Of a stretch of 64,000 bases of DNA, positions 30,324 to 41,062 are shown piece by piece; position 1 is the stretch's first letter; each line of letters starts with the position of its first letter. A program made the position numbers and the translations under genes. The stretch is taken from positions 1,664,001-1,728,000 of the forward strand of contig CAWDSK010000003.1 of assembly GCA_963804995.1 (NCBI GenBank), written 5' to 3'. The stretch is from an uncultured Acidobacteriota bacterium (GTDB lineage: Bacteria; Acidobacteriota; Terriglobia; UBA7540). The notes beneath the pieces are model-generated. The model was not told the origin of the DNA. It ran no database searches and was given only the letters and a program-made list of their open reading frames with translations.

Positions 30324-30640
30324 GAACGGTGGTAGCCACGGTCAGTGCCTTTCTGACCGTGGGCTTTTCCCTCCATGACGAACCCACGGTCAGCAAACGT
30401 CGTCCGCGGGGACTGAGGGGAGATGTAATTTGAAATTACAACCCTCGCCCCTTTGGGGGAGAGGGTGGACCGCAACCGGCGTTTTCATCAGCCGGGGCGG
30501 GCCGGGTGAGGGGGTCGTTTCAAGACAAATCAAAATGCAAAGCTGTGAACGGTGGTAGCCACGGTCAGTGCCTTTCTGACCGTGGGTTCTTCCTTCGATC
30601 ACAAACCCACGGTCAGAAAGGCACTGACCGTGGCTACCGT
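30324..30640. repeat. Nested REP cluster: GTAGCCACGGTCAG-family doublets around a CCCTCGCCCC-family element
   Basis: Family copies at 30324-30393 and 30547-30638. Inner element at 30441-30516. Confidence 0.85.
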
Positions 30641-31315
30641 CTACAGCACTCCATACTTCTCGTAAGTCTCCCGCAAACTTTTTCCATTCAGCATGTCCTG
30701 GCGCGCCAGGTTCTCCTTACCGACCTTTTCGAGCGCCAGCTCCAGGACTTTCTGCTCGACCTCCTGGGGAATGACCACAATGCCGTCGAAATCCGCAAAG
30801 ATGAGCTGGCCCGGCTTGACCAGCACATCCCCACAGCGGATAGGCACGTCGTAAGCTTTCAGAACGCCCCGCCCCATGGAATCGATGGGCCTGAAACCCA
30901 CACAGTAAACCGGAAAACCCATTTCGATAATCCTCACCGTGTCGCGGATGCAACCGTCACAGATGCATCCCACGGCGCCATTCCGCCGGGCCACGGTGGT
31001 CATCAGCTCTCCCCAGGGAGCGTTGGTTTGGGCAATATCAGTGGAGTGCACGGCCACATCTCCCGGCCGCAAGGAGTCGATGGCGTCAAGCTCGAGGCCG
31101 TAAGGGTCCTGCGGGTCGATGTAGTCAACGTCCATCCAGCGCAAAGTGCGCGCCCTCCCCGCTAGGCCGCAATTCTTCTTGTCGGGCAGAATGGGCCGCA
31201 GCCGCGAGTGCATCGTCTGGTTGCGGTATCCCAGGGAATCCAGAACGTCGCTCACCACCGCAACGTAAAGTTTCTCCTTCAGGAATTTGAAAATTTCTTG
31301 ATCGGTTTGAATCAT
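30641..31315 (-). CDS. RraA family protein (HMG/CHA aldolase-like)
   Basis: VSDVLD, WGELM, DGCIRD, ADFDGIVVIP. Confidence 0.9.
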   Translation of the reverse strand: MIQTDQEIFKFLKEKLYVAVVSDVLDSLGYRNQTMHSRLRPILPDKKNCGLAGRARTLRWMDVDYIDPQDPYGLELDAIDSLRPGDVAVHSTDIAQTNAPWGELMTTVARRNGAVGCICDGCIRDTVRIIEMGFPVYCVGFRPIDSMGRGVLKAYDVPIRCGDVLVKPGQLIFADFDGIVVIPQEVEQKVLELALEKVGKENLARQDMLNGKSLRETYEKYGVL

Positions 31316-31382
31316 GATTGTCTCCTGTGACTCCCGGACTGACCGCCGCGATTTATTGTGCCCGATTTCTCAAAGTGGGACA

Positions 31383-31428
31383 TGTCCCACATGTTACGCT
31401 GCGGGGGGTATAGCGCGCGAGGTCCCAC
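31383..31428. repeat. 46-bp dispersed intergenic repeat, copy 1
   Basis: 39/46 identical to the reverse complement of 40769-40814 (ATAGCGCGCGAGGTCCCAC core). Confidence 0.75.
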
Positions 31429-31521
31429 TTAATCCCCCGGCTTCATGCGCTTTTTTCCCCTCTGATTTGTCATTTTTCGGATTAGTCACTCTGCGCCATT
31501 CCCTCCCGCCCCCAACCTTCA

Positions 31522-33132
31522 TCACAACAACTCGCGCGTCGGCCAATTCAGCAACATCTGCCGCTCATCACGGTCAGGATCGTTCACCGCCTCGCTCTTC
31601 GGAACATCGAAAATCATGGTGGCTCTCTCAGTGGTGGAATAGGCGGGCCATTCCGGCAGCCCCTTCCGATTGGGACTGCCGCTTCCCGCAAATGCCACCC
31701 ACGCGCCGCTAATCTGCTTCGATAACTGCTCCGATTCCGGATAGCGGACAATCCGCATTGACAGCGGATGCTCGGCCGTATGGAAAGCCTTGTACTTGCC
31801 GCCCGCCATGGGAGGCGCCCACGCGAAGCAATACAAATAGGCCTTCGCCCTGCCCTGCGCGATCTTGAGTTCCGCCTGCCGCACACCATTCCAGCGCGCT
31901 CCGCGGTCAGTCGAGATGCGGAAGTAGATATCGCTCGGCGTGTCCTGCGGGTGATCGCGGTGATAGGCAGCGAGCAGAGAATCGACTACGGACGCGGGGA
32001 TGCCGGCCTTCAGAATCCGATCGCGCAAGCCCACCTCATCGAGATGAAACAGATCCTCATCGTTCTTCGAGAACAACGTGGCCTCATCCTGGCAGTTGCC
32101 GATGATCAGCGGGATACCGGCGGACATCTCCGGCGCCGTGGGATCCCAAACTTGCTGCGGTACAGTGTGGCCATCCAACACCGGCTCCATCCTCGAACCC
32201 CGCGCTTCCGCAGCTTTATACAAATCGTAGGCGGGAATACTATGAAGCTGCTCAACCTGGTTTTCTGCGAGGCCCAGTCTTGATAGCACCAGCTTGGCGT
32301 TTTGGGTGGCGGCGTCTTTGTCTTCCGCGCGCAGCATGGAGCCGCTCTCGATGATGGCGCGATGGAAGAGTCCTTTGGCCGCAGGCATGGCCATTAAGGT
32401 GTTAAGCTTTCCACCGCCGCCGGAAACGCCGAAGAGCGTCACGTTCCCCGGGTCGCCGCCAAAATGCGTGATGTTATCACGCACCCACTCGAGCGCCAGG
32501 ACCAGATCCAGTTGCCCCACATTGCCGACCGCATACTTCTCACTCAAGCCGCCGAGATACAGATAGCCAAAGGCGCTCAGACGATGGTTGATGCCCATCA
32601 GCACCACGTCCTCTTCACGGGGCAAGGCATCGCCATAAACCACGATCTGGCTCAACAGGTTGCTGTAGCCTCCCCCGTGAATATAGATCAGCACAGGACG
32701 CTTGCCCTTGAGTCCCGGGGTCAGAACATTCAACACCAGGCAGTTTTCGCTGCTCTTCTCCTCGCCGAGTTCAGCCGGGTGTCTCAATCCCAGGAAGTAA
32801 TTATCCATCTCCGGGTCACTGTACAATCTCCCCGATCCCTGCACCGAACGCGGGCCGTTCTGCGTCGCGTCGCGAATGCCCGCCCACGGAGCAGGCTTCG
32901 AAGGCGGCAGAAAGCGCGCCGCCCCCTCCGTTGGGCCTCCGTAGGGAATGCCCCGGAAGACACGCACGCCTTGCCAGTCGACGCCGCGAACCTTTCCGTA
33001 CTGCGTTTCGGCAACCGGCGCCGTGCTCCCCCCACGCGCCGCCGCGCGCATTGCAAACGGACCTCCCACCAGTGCCGCAACCCCCGCGGAGAAAGAGTGT
33101 TTCAACAAATCCCGCCGACTCAGGCGTTGCAT
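31522..33132 (-). CDS. Type B carboxylesterase, Tat-exported
   Basis: SRRDLLK Tat signal, [13 protein letters not shown] oxyanion motif, GVSGG nucleophile elbow. Confidence 0.9.
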   Translation of the reverse strand: MQRLSRRDLLKHSFSAGVAALVGGPFAMRAAARGGSTAPVAETQYGKVRGVDWQGVRVFRGIPYGGPTEGAARFLPPSKPAPWAGIRDATQNGPRSVQGSGRLYSDPEMDNYFLGLRHPAELGEEKSSENCLVLNVLTPGLKGKRPVLIYIHGGGYSNLLSQIVVYGDALPREEDVVLMGINHRLSAFGYLYLGGLSEKYAVGNVGQLDLVLALEWVRDNITHFGGDPGNVTLFGVSGGGGKLNTLMAMPAAKGLFHRAIIESGSMLRAEDKDAATQNAKLVLSRLGLAENQVEQLHSIPAYDLYKAAEARGSRMEPVLDGHTVPQQVWDPTAPEMSAGIPLIIGNCQDEATLFSKNDEDLFHLDEVGLRDRILKAGIPASVVDSLLAAYHRDHPQDTPSDIYFRISTDRGARWNGVRQAELKIAQGRAKAYLYCFAWAPPMAGGKYKAFHTAEHPLSMRIVRYPESEQLSKQISGAWVAFAGSGSPNRKGLPEWPAYSTTERATMIFDVPKSEAVNDPDRDERQMLLNWPTRELL

Positions 33133-33154
33133 TTCTACCTCCGATGTTTCAGTC

Positions 33155-33284
33155 GTAGGGGCGGTTCGCGAACCGCCTTTGGACTGCGGCCGCGAAGCTG
33201 CCGCTTTAACCCTTCGGTGTGAGCGACAATTTCTGAAAGAAGATGGAAAATTTCAAAAGCGGCAGCTTCGCGGCCGCAGTCCAA
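33155..33284. repeat. GTAG REP abutting a TGGACTGCGG REPIN
   Basis: GTAGGGGCGGTTCGCGAACCGCC (33155-33177), then an inverted pair at 33179-33207 and 33256-33284. Confidence 0.8.
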
Positions 33285-33294
33285 GGGAAACCAA

Positions 33295-35109
33295 TCAGCG
33301 CGACAGCACCGCCAGGAGTGCCTGATAATTATCCACCAGGATGCCTTCGTAGCCGTGCGGCGCCCCATCCCACGACTTCCAATCGTAGGATTTACCGTTG
33401 GGGCCGAACCCCTGGAATCCTCCCTGTTCATATCCTTCGAGCAGGGGGAACAGCATGGCGTCGGCGTCGGCGCGCCGGCCCAATTGGTAGAGGGCCTGTA
33501 GGGTGAAATATTCGAAGGACCCCGTGGCGCCCCCGTTCTGGTAAACCTGCCATGGATCGTCCGCCGGTCCGAAGGAATCCTTGTGGGGAACGCGAATCAG
33601 GACGCCCGGCAGTCCATAATTGAAAGTGGTATAGCCCACCTCTTTCATTTTGGCGAGCAGGCGATCCATGATGGCATTGGCCTTGTCAGGAGGCACCAAG
33701 CCGTAAACGATGGCGGCGCCGTTGACAAAGGTGAAGTAGTAATCGTGCAGCATGCCATCCGCGCTCTTCCAACCCGCCAGCACACCCGTGGCGGGGTTGT
33801 AGAAGGTGTCATAATAAACGGAGCGCATTTTTTCAGCACGGGCTGAATACAGTTGGGCGTCAGAGGGCTGGCCGGCTTGCCGCGCCAGCTCCGTCATCCC
33901 GACCAAGGCATGGTAAGCCAGGGCATTGGAGTAGGCGTCCTGGTGGCCAAAATTGATAACATCCCACCAGTTGGCGGGGCGCACCGAACCATCCAGCGGC
34001 GAGGAGTCGTAATTGCCACTCAAAGGGTATTCCAGCAGCCCCTTCCCATCCCGGTCCATGGCGAGCATCTTCGTGGCCCACGCTTTCAATCCTGGGTAGT
34101 TCTTCTTCAGCCAGGTAGTATCTTTGCTGGCGCTAACGTAGTCCGAAGCGGCGACCACCAAGGAGGGATAAGAGTCCAGGAAATCGTACTTGTTATCCGC
34201 CTGGGATCCCGCCACGCCATACGCCTTCATCCCGCTGAGATAACGGTCCAGCGTCTGGTGGATCATGTCCAGCGCAGTCACGCCGGGCGCCAAGGGCGGC
34301 GTGCGCGCCGCTACGGAGGAGTACTCATACAGCGTGAAGGCGCACGGGTCGCTGGCCGCATGGTTGGCCAGCACGCGTAACCGGGGGCTGATTTGAAAGA
34401 TATTCAGCCAGTTGCGGCGGAAGCCGTCGAAACGGGCGTCGCTCGCGAGGGCCGGTGAGCCAGGATAGATCGTGACCACGTCCAGCTTATAGTCAATCTG
34501 TGGAGTCGAGGCGGAGGCAGCGGGAAAGGTCACTTTCACGTAATTGTTCTCTTTTAACCCCAATGCCTGGTGGCCACGGATGCACAGGGCATCGTAGCCC
34601 AGCGATAGCTTGGCGCCTGCGGCAGTCGAGATTCGAAAAGTTCCGAGGTCGGGTAGGTGGAGAACCGCCGGCAACCGCACGCTTCCGTCATCGTTGATAA
34701 GCCCCAGCAGCGTGGCGTGATTGATTCGGGAATTGAAGTTGAGTACCAGCGGGGGAGGCGCGATCCCTGCGGCGAAGCGCGAGCGCAGGTGAATTTGGCG
34801 CGTGGAAAAATCGAAGGTCCAAGCAGGCGGCGTGCCGGGCGGGGCGCCCTTGGGGCGATACTCGTAAGTCGTGCCCACTTGGCGCACTTCGTAGGTTGTC
34901 TCGGCGGGGCCGGGCGGTCGAAGCGGGTTCACGCTCAGCTTGTTCTTTCCCAGCGAGTCAACCGCCAGTGACACCAGAGCCGGCTGATCGGGCGCAAGCT
35001 CAACCCGCATAAAAGCCGACTGGTACCGGAGCGCCCGGTCCGGAGGATCGGCCGCGACCCGTAACGGTACAAAGAGCACGATTAAGAACGGAATAATCCG
35101 CTTGGTCAT
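33295..35109 (-). CDS. Exported six-hairpin glycosidase-like protein (GH78/GH63-like)
   Basis: Signal peptide. NWWD...DAYSNALAY and YQNGG in a helical C-terminal half. Confidence 0.65.
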   Translation of the reverse strand: MTKRIIPFLIVLFVPLRVAADPPDRALRYQSAFMRVELAPDQPALVSLAVDSLGKNKLSVNPLRPPGPAETTYEVRQVGTTYEYRPKGAPPGTPPAWTFDFSTRQIHLRSRFAAGIAPPPLVLNFNSRINHATLLGLINDDGSVRLPAVLHLPDLGTFRISTAAGAKLSLGYDALCIRGHQALGLKENNYVKVTFPAASASTPQIDYKLDVVTIYPGSPALASDARFDGFRRNWLNIFQISPRLRVLANHAASDPCAFTLYEYSSVAARTPPLAPGVTALDMIHQTLDRYLSGMKAYGVAGSQADNKYDFLDSYPSLVVAASDYVSASKDTTWLKKNYPGLKAWATKMLAMDRDGKGLLEYPLSGNYDSSPLDGSVRPANWWDVINFGHQDAYSNALAYHALVGMTELARQAGQPSDAQLYSARAEKMRSVYYDTFYNPATGVLAGWKSADGMLHDYYFTFVNGAAIVYGLVPPDKANAIMDRLLAKMKEVGYTTFNYGLPGVLIRVPHKDSFGPADDPWQVYQNGGATGSFEYFTLQALYQLGRRADADAMLFPLLEGYEQGGFQGFGPNGKSYDWKSWDGAPHGYEGILVDNYQALLAVLSR

Positions 35110-35188
35110 ATGCATGTCTCCTCTAATTCGAATGCTTAGCCCTCTCCGCCGGGGAGAGGGCTATGAATCCAAATCAGTGTGCCTCGCA

Positions 35189-38100
35189 CTACAAGTCAGT
35201 CACCCGCCGCACCGCCGTGCGCAAACGCACGGGACCGATCAGCCCGGACTCGACCAGCGGATCGTCCTTAGTGTAATGCTTCCAGGTGGCAAAAGTGACG
35301 CGCCCGCCCGGGGGTTTGGGCTTCCCTTCCGCATACCAATCCGGCAAGCGTCGAATCGCCAGATTCACATTGCCGGTGCCGCTCACCACCGCCGTGCCTG
35401 ACACGCTCCCGTAATCGTTTTCGGGCGGAAGATGCTCATCGCCAATCAGACGGTTCGGCCACAGGCTGGTCACACGAATTTCCAAATCGTTGTCCCCAGG
35501 GCGGACCGCCTCCGTCACATCCACCCGGTACGGAGCCTTCCACAGAACCCCGAGATCCTTGCCATTCAGCTTGACTTCCGCCGCCACCTCCACCCATCCC
35601 AGGTCCAGGAACAGGCGCTTGCCGCCCGTGGTCGCATTCGCAGCAACCTTGAACCTTTTGGTGTAGGTCGCAGGGCCGGAGAAATACTTTACCCCGAAGT
35701 CGGAATGCTTGCGCAGAGAGAGCAACTCGGGAAGAGTGATTTCCGCCGGAGCGCCCAGGTTCGGAGGGAAGCTGACACGCCACGGCCCGGCGATCTCCAT
35801 GGGGCGGCCCGCTCCCGTGATTTCAAGGGACGAACTCCGGCCCGCACTGTTGCGCAACGAGTAATGGCCATCCTGCCAGAAGAGCAGTCCCGCCCTTTCA
35901 CCACCCGCGGGCTCAAGGATTGGCGGCTCTGGCGGTGGGGGCAGGCCGGTGGCCGCCAGCTTCTGGATGCGGTCGTCGCCCAACACTTCAGGAAACAATT
36001 CCGGATCGCCCATGTCACCTTCAAAGTACGCGGCGCCGTCGCTTTGTTGAGCCTCGCCCAGGCCAGGATGAACGGTGGCGCCCGACTTCTGGCCCTCTCG
36101 AAGCAGCATGCCGTTCGCATAAATCGCGGGCGCACCCTCTTTGTAGACGAGCGCGAAATGCGTCCACCCTTCAATCGGGGTCAAGACCGTCAGAATGGGC
36201 ACAGGGTTGCCCACGGTCCGCTCATAGACTCCCACACCGTTGCGGCCCACGACCAATCCGCAGGCCGCGTGCCCTGCCCCGTAGACGGCCGCGCCCGCCG
36301 GCGGATAGAACACGAAACTGGATGGGGCGCCGCCCAGATACATGCCGGGCGCGATGGCCCCGGGAAGATCGATGTCCGTGTCCGGCTTCGCCCAGACGCT
36401 GACGGTGAAATTGTTGGCTGTATCGCGGTGTAGCCCTTTACCCACCGCCGCGAGAGGCATAGTGCCCAGTACCACCGAGCCTTCCTTCGAAACGGAAACA
36501 ACACGCTGCGCCGGCACCGGCGATCGGAACACCACAAAGATCGATCCCGAGGGATCAAGGCGCACCGGAATCCGCACCCGCCTCTCCACGGTGTCATAGA
36601 TGCCGACCGGAATAATCTCACCCGTATCGGGCTTCCAGAGTTCCGGCTGCTTACCCGCCACTCGGAACGTGCAGACAAGATCCTCTGACCGCCGCCGCCG
36701 GTTCGCCAGGAAGTAAACGTCACTATCGCCCACGCGCCGGTGCAGGCAGTTGACGGGAGCATCGCCGGAGCGCGAGGTGATTTCGATATCGGGAGGGACG
36801 TTCAGCTTCGCGAGCACACTGGGCAGCGGCTCTCCCCAGAATACCCTTCCCTGGCCAAAGGTTCGCTCGGTCACGGTCGACCCATTTAAATCACCCCACA
36901 CTTCGCCGGTCGTCTTACGCAATTCGGCATCGGCTGCCGGAAGGTCCGTCAGGCCCGGAGTGCGTTCCGGCTTGGGTCCAAGCACGCACATGCCTTGCTC
37001 TACCAAATCGCGAATCTTGCCGAGCAGTCCCCGGGTCATGACCGTCTGGTCGGGGAGCACCAGGACCCGGTAGCTCATCCCGTCCGGCAGAACGATGCGG
37101 CCATTCTGGATTTTGATACGATTGAGAATTGTTTCCGCGTCCACCGTATCCCAGTCATAGCCCGGTGGGGGCGTGGGCTTCAGCTCGCCGAGCGACGGCG
37201 CCGGCATGGGAGCGTTTTCACCCTGGAAATACAAAAGGTCCGCCACAAACAGTCCTTGCCGGAGCAGGTGCTGGCAGCGTGCCGCATATTCCAGCCAAGC
37301 CCTGCCCGGATTCCACCAAGTGTTGGTGCGGTCGAAATGAAATCCCCATTGCCCCATGGTCATGCCCGGCGCGGCGGTGGGATGGGGCTGGTGCGCGTAG
37401 CGATGAAAGATGAATTCGTTCAGACCTTGCGCGTACATCCAATCTCCTTGCGCTTTCAGCCCGTAGGGAGACTCCTGCCATTTCGCAAAAATCGGATACC
37501 CGGTGTACGACTCCGCACCCACCACCGCCTTGCCATTTACGTGCGCGACGGAGGCGGCCAGCTTGACACTCCGATTGACAGCGCGATTGCTGCGCGTCCA
37601 AAACTCGCCCATGGGCACATCCAGTCGCGCGCCCACCTGCATCTCGTCGAGCGGCCCGCCGGAGTAGGGTTCAGAGTAAGCCTTCATGCCGTGCTTCCGG
37701 CACAGGTCGGCAAAGCAACCGTAGTAATTGTCGGCTATCAAATCGGAATAGGTCCGGCGGATATCCCAAAGGAAACGGTCGGACGCATCACCGCTCCCCA
37801 CTACGCGGCCGGTGAGCGCGGGCAGGTATTTCACGAGGTCGTAACCCCGACGCCGCTCGAATTCTTGCGGAAACTCCGGGGTCCACGTTTGCATGCCCAC
37901 TTCGTAACTATCGATGACCGCTCCGGTGAGATGTTTTGCGGCCAGCGGGGCGAGGGTCGCGAAGAGCTCCCCGAAAAAATGCTCGAAGTGAAACTCCATG
38001 GCCGCGCGGCTGAACTTGTCGCATTCCAACCCTTGGCCGCCTTCGGGCGCAGGATGATTCTCAATTCCGATGGTGGTATGACCGAAGCGGAGAATGGTCC

Positions 38101-39253
38101 AAATTCCTGCAGGCGCCTGCCAATTCAGGTGACCCTCGCGGTCCATGTGCTGCGTGATGTTGAGAACAGCGGCAGGATCAATGATCGAACCTTCAGGCGC
38201 CTGCCCCGTCGGCCGAAGCGGCACGGTACCCAATTGACCCGGCAGAGCTCGTGTGACCATGTCCGCCTTGTAGGGCCAATCAGTGATGCGCGAGGCCCCA
38301 AATAGCTGTACCTGATTGACACGGCTCGCGCGCGGAAATGCCAGACGGAAGTATTTTGCTCGCACCGCCGGGAAAGTGGCAGCGGCGGGAACTTCGATCC
38401 CGTTCCGCCCGGCTGGCGTCCTCAGGTCGCAGACTTTGCGGAACTGAACGCCATCCTCAGACATCTCGAGTGCCACATCGAGCGCGCTGAGAGAAAAGGA
38501 TCCTGAAACCGTGGCAGGAGGAACGTACAGCGCAATCGAGCGCGCCGTGAGGGCCTCGGCAAACTCCAACCAGAGATAAGCCGGCTGGTCGGAAGCGCTG
38601 GGGACGACATCCACCGCCCTCGACATGTCGCCATTGGTCAGAAGTCTTTCGTCAACGGGGCCGCTGCCCGTGGCAGCTCTGCGCAGCCGTGCCTGCAGGG
38701 GTTCGCTCTCCCCGTCGAGCGAAGGGTACGCCAGAACGAAGGCATCGCGATAATAGCCGCGTTTGGTGTACGGCTGCGGCAATGTGACGCTGACCGTCTG
38801 CCCGCCGGTCGCGAAGGTTTCACTCCACACAAGTTGCTGCATCGAGAGCTCAGGTGTAATCCAAGGCCCGCCACTCGATGACCATCCGGGGCAATTGTGC
38901 ATGGCGAATTCCAGCCCCAGCCGATCGGCTTCCTTGGCCGCGTGCTTGAGCAGGTCGAGGTGTTGGGGGCTCCCATATGCGACGGGCCCGCGCGGGATGC
39001 CTGTGCCAGCCTGGAAAATCTGGAACCCGCCGATGCCCACCTTCTGCATCGCCTCGAGATCGCGCGTGATGCCGTCGGCAGTAATGTTCCCATTCATCCA
39101 GTGCCACCAGGTTTTGGGACGGGCTGATGCGGGTGGCTGTCGGAAGGCCTGTTCCAGCGCCGATCCCCTTGAAATCTGTCCGCGAACTAAGCCACGAGTA
39201 AGCAAAGTTGCCGCGGTCCCTGCACAACTCTTGATAAAGGTCCGTCGTCTCAT
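35189..39253 (-). CDS. GH106-type alpha-L-rhamnosidase with inserted LamG-like domain, Tat-exported
   Basis: [41 protein letters not shown]. LamG-like segment FTVSVWAKP...WTHFALVY. Confidence 0.88.
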   Translation of the reverse strand: MRRRTFIKSCAGTAATLLTRGLVRGQISRGSALEQAFRQPPASARPKTWWHWMNGNITADGITRDLEAMQKVGIGGFQIFQAGTGIPRGPVAYGSPQHLDLLKHAAKEADRLGLEFAMHNCPGWSSSGGPWITPELSMQQLVWSETFATGGQTVSVTLPQPYTKRGYYRDAFVLAYPSLDGESEPLQARLRRAATGSGPVDERLLTNGDMSRAVDVVPSASDQPAYLWLEFAEALTARSIALYVPPATVSGSFSLSALDVALEMSEDGVQFRKVCDLRTPAGRNGIEVPAAATFPAVRAKYFRLAFPRASRVNQVQLFGASRITDWPYKADMVTRALPGQLGTVPLRPTGQAPEGSIIDPAAVLNITQHMDREGHLNWQAPAGIWTILRFGHTTIGIENHPAPEGGQGLECDKFSRAAMEFHFEHFFGELFATLAPLAAKHLTGAVIDSYEVGMQTWTPEFPQEFERRRGYDLVKYLPALTGRVVGSGDASDRFLWDIRRTYSDLIADNYYGCFADLCRKHGMKAYSEPYSGGPLDEMQVGARLDVPMGEFWTRSNRAVNRSVKLAASVAHVNGKAVVGAESYTGYPIFAKWQESPYGLKAQGDWMYAQGLNEFIFHRYAHQPHPTAAPGMTMGQWGFHFDRTNTWWNPGRAWLEYAARCQHLLRQGLFVADLLYFQGENAPMPAPSLGELKPTPPPGYDWDTVDAETILNRIKIQNGRIVLPDGMSYRVLVLPDQTVMTRGLLGKIRDLVEQGMCVLGPKPERTPGLTDLPAADAELRKTTGEVWGDLNGSTVTERTFGQGRVFWGEPLPSVLAKLNVPPDIEITSRSGDAPVNCLHRRVGDSDVYFLANRRRRSEDLVCTFRVAGKQPELWKPDTGEIIPVGIYDTVERRVRIPVRLDPSGSIFVVFRSPVPAQRVVSVSKEGSVVLGTMPLAAVGKGLHRDTANNFTVSVWAKPDTDIDLPGAIAPGMYLGGAPSSFVFYPPAGAAVYGAGHAACGLVVGRNGVGVYERTVGNPVPILTVLTPIEGWTHFALVYKEGAPAIYANGMLLREGQKSGATVHPGLGEAQQSDGAAYFEGDMGDPELFPEVLGDDRIQKLAATGLPPPPEPPILEPAGGERAGLLFWQDGHYSLRNSAGRSSSLEITGAGRPMEIAGPWRVSFPPNLGAPAEITLPELLSLRKHSDFGVKYFSGPATYTKRFKVAANATTGGKRLFLDLGWVEVAAEVKLNGKDLGVLWKAPYRVDVTEAVRPGDNDLEIRVTSLWPNRLIGDEHLPPENDYGSVSGTAVVSGTGNVNLAIRRLPDWYAEGKPKPPGGRVTFATWKHYTKDDPLVESGLIGPVRLRTAVRRVTDL

Positions 39254-39339
39254 GCAGGCTCCCACAATTTGAATCTCAGTGAATCCTCACCCCGGTGACG
39301 TTACGAGATACAGCCTTCTGATGCAAGCTTGAATTGTTG

Positions 39340-39445
39340 GATTGGCGGGTGCTGTCCTAATTTAAATGTAACGCTGCCATCTCGGCGGCTCAATGCCGGC
39401 TGGAAGCCAGCGCTACATCTGAAATTAGGACAGCACCGATTGGCG
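39340..39445. mobile_element. IS1-like MITE (90 bp) carrying a REP hairpin, with 8-bp target duplication
   Basis: Perfect 16-bp TIR GGTGCTGTCCTAATTT (39348-39363 and 39422-39437). Direct repeat GATTGGCG at 39340-39347 and 39438-39445. Confidence 0.88.
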
Positions 39446-39597
39446 TCGAGCTTGGTCGTGATAAGCTGGCGGGTAGAGCTATACTTGGACGAAGACTGTC
39501 CAATTTGATAAAAGATCCCAGCCCGCATCCGAGGAATTTGCGCGTTCTCTTCTGGTATCGGATGCCTGGTTTGGGGAAAAGCGTGGGGAGGTTGACC

Positions 39598-40695
39598 GTG
39601 AATTCAAATATGTCAATGGCAGATCGAGTATCGGCGCACTCTCGAATCGCCCAATCATGCGGCAAGCGCGAAAGCACAGGGTTTGATTCCCGAAGCTTAT
39701 GCTTGCTTGTCATGCTCTTACTCCCGGCGATGCTGAGAGCTGAAGACCACCAGGTTGTTGCCAAGGAATACTACCGAACGTTTTCAGCAACCCATCCCGT
39801 GCTCTTGCGGATTAAGCCAGGCGATGTGGTGGCCACCAAGACGCTCGATTCCTCCGGGCATGATGAGCACGGCGAGGCTCGCAGCACGCGGGGAAATCCC
39901 TTGACGGGTCCTTTCTATGTAGAAGGCGCGGAAGTAGGCGACGCCCTGCGGGTGCATCTCCGGAAGCTTCAACTGAACCGGAATTGGGGATCCTCGTGTT
40001 ACCGTTTGGGCCTGGTTGCCGTGACGCCGGAGTTTATCGAAACCATGTCTCCCGACAACCTCTATCCGGATCGCGTGATTAAGGGATATTCGAACCTGGT
40101 GCGTTGGGATATCGACCTGGCGAATAAAATGGTGCGGCTACGCGACCCCGCGAGTGGACAGCAAAAGTTGGAGTTCGCGGCGCGCCCCATGTTGGGTTGC
40201 ATTGGTGTGGCGCCGGAGGGCGAATTCACGCCGACCTCAGGGCCGGCCGGTTCCTATGGCGGAAACATGGACTACAACGAGGTCCGCGAAGGCGCCACGG
40301 TTATGCTGCCCGTCTCTCATCCCGGCGCGTTCTTTTACCTCGGCGATGGTCACGCGTTGCAAGGTGACGGTGAGCCCACCGGCAACGGAATCGAGACATC
40401 ACTCAACGTTGAATTCAGCGTGGACCTTGTCAAGAAAGCTCACTTGACCGGACCGCGCCTCGAAACGCCTGACTATCTGATCAGCGTGGGTGCGCAGCCG
40501 GAGTTCGAAAGCGACCTGAATCGTGGGCTGCAAGTTGCGACCACTGACATGGTTCATTGGTTGACCGAAGAATACAAAATGGATTCCTGGGTCGCGCAGG
40601 TGCTGATTGCGTTTCAAAGCAAGTATGACATCATCACCGTTGCGGGTTCCGTGGGTCTGAAGATTCCCAAGCGCTGCCTGCCCAATCACCCGTGA
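39598..40695 (+). CDS. Acetamidase/formamidase family protein
   Basis: NPLTGPFYVEGAE, GGNMD, GDGHALQGDGE. RBS GGAGG before GTG at 39598. Confidence 0.85.
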   Translation: MNSNMSMADRVSAHSRIAQSCGKRESTGFDSRSLCLLVMLLLPAMLRAEDHQVVAKEYYRTFSATHPVLLRIKPGDVVATKTLDSSGHDEHGEARSTRGNPLTGPFYVEGAEVGDALRVHLRKLQLNRNWGSSCYRLGLVAVTPEFIETMSPDNLYPDRVIKGYSNLVRWDIDLANKMVRLRDPASGQQKLEFAARPMLGCIGVAPEGEFTPTSGPAGSYGGNMDYNEVREGATVMLPVSHPGAFFYLGDGHALQGDGEPTGNGIETSLNVEFSVDLVKKAHLTGPRLETPDYLISVGAQPEFESDLNRGLQVATTDMVHWLTEEYKMDSWVAQVLIAFQSKYDIITVAGSVGLKIPKRCLPNHP

Positions 40696-40768
40696 GTCAG
40701 ATTGGCCGCGCCGTAAAATTCGCAGGGTTAGCCTGACATGGATTTTTGGGGGGTAATCACGGTTTTTG

Positions 40769-40814
40769 GTGGGACCTCGCGCGCTATGCCCCTCGGAAGG
40801 CAACTTGTGGGACA
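40769..40814. repeat. 46-bp dispersed intergenic repeat, copy 2 (inverted)
   Basis: See 31383-31428. Confidence 0.75.
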
Positions 40815-41026
40815 CGCGCCTTGACGCTCCTCGCGCGACAGGGTGTGACAAAATGTCGCAGCCAGCCGCCTCGGCTCTGTGGGGGAGGAGCGTCCTCCCC
40901 AACCGCTTCGGGGAGCGTCTCCCCATATCCTACCTTGTCTGGCGTTATAGCCCCTTGTCATGGCCATTCACAAGCGCAGCCATCGTGAGACGATCCCGAT
41001 TCTGTGCAGCCCCGGTTTCCTACCAG

Positions 41027-41061
41027 CCACTATCCACTAACCACTATCCACTATCCACTGA
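41027..41061. repeat. Heptamer tandem repeat (CCACTAW) x5
   Basis: Directly after the ADOP stop codon. The same array occurs at 44462-44496. Confidence 0.85.
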
Positions 41062-41062
41062 C

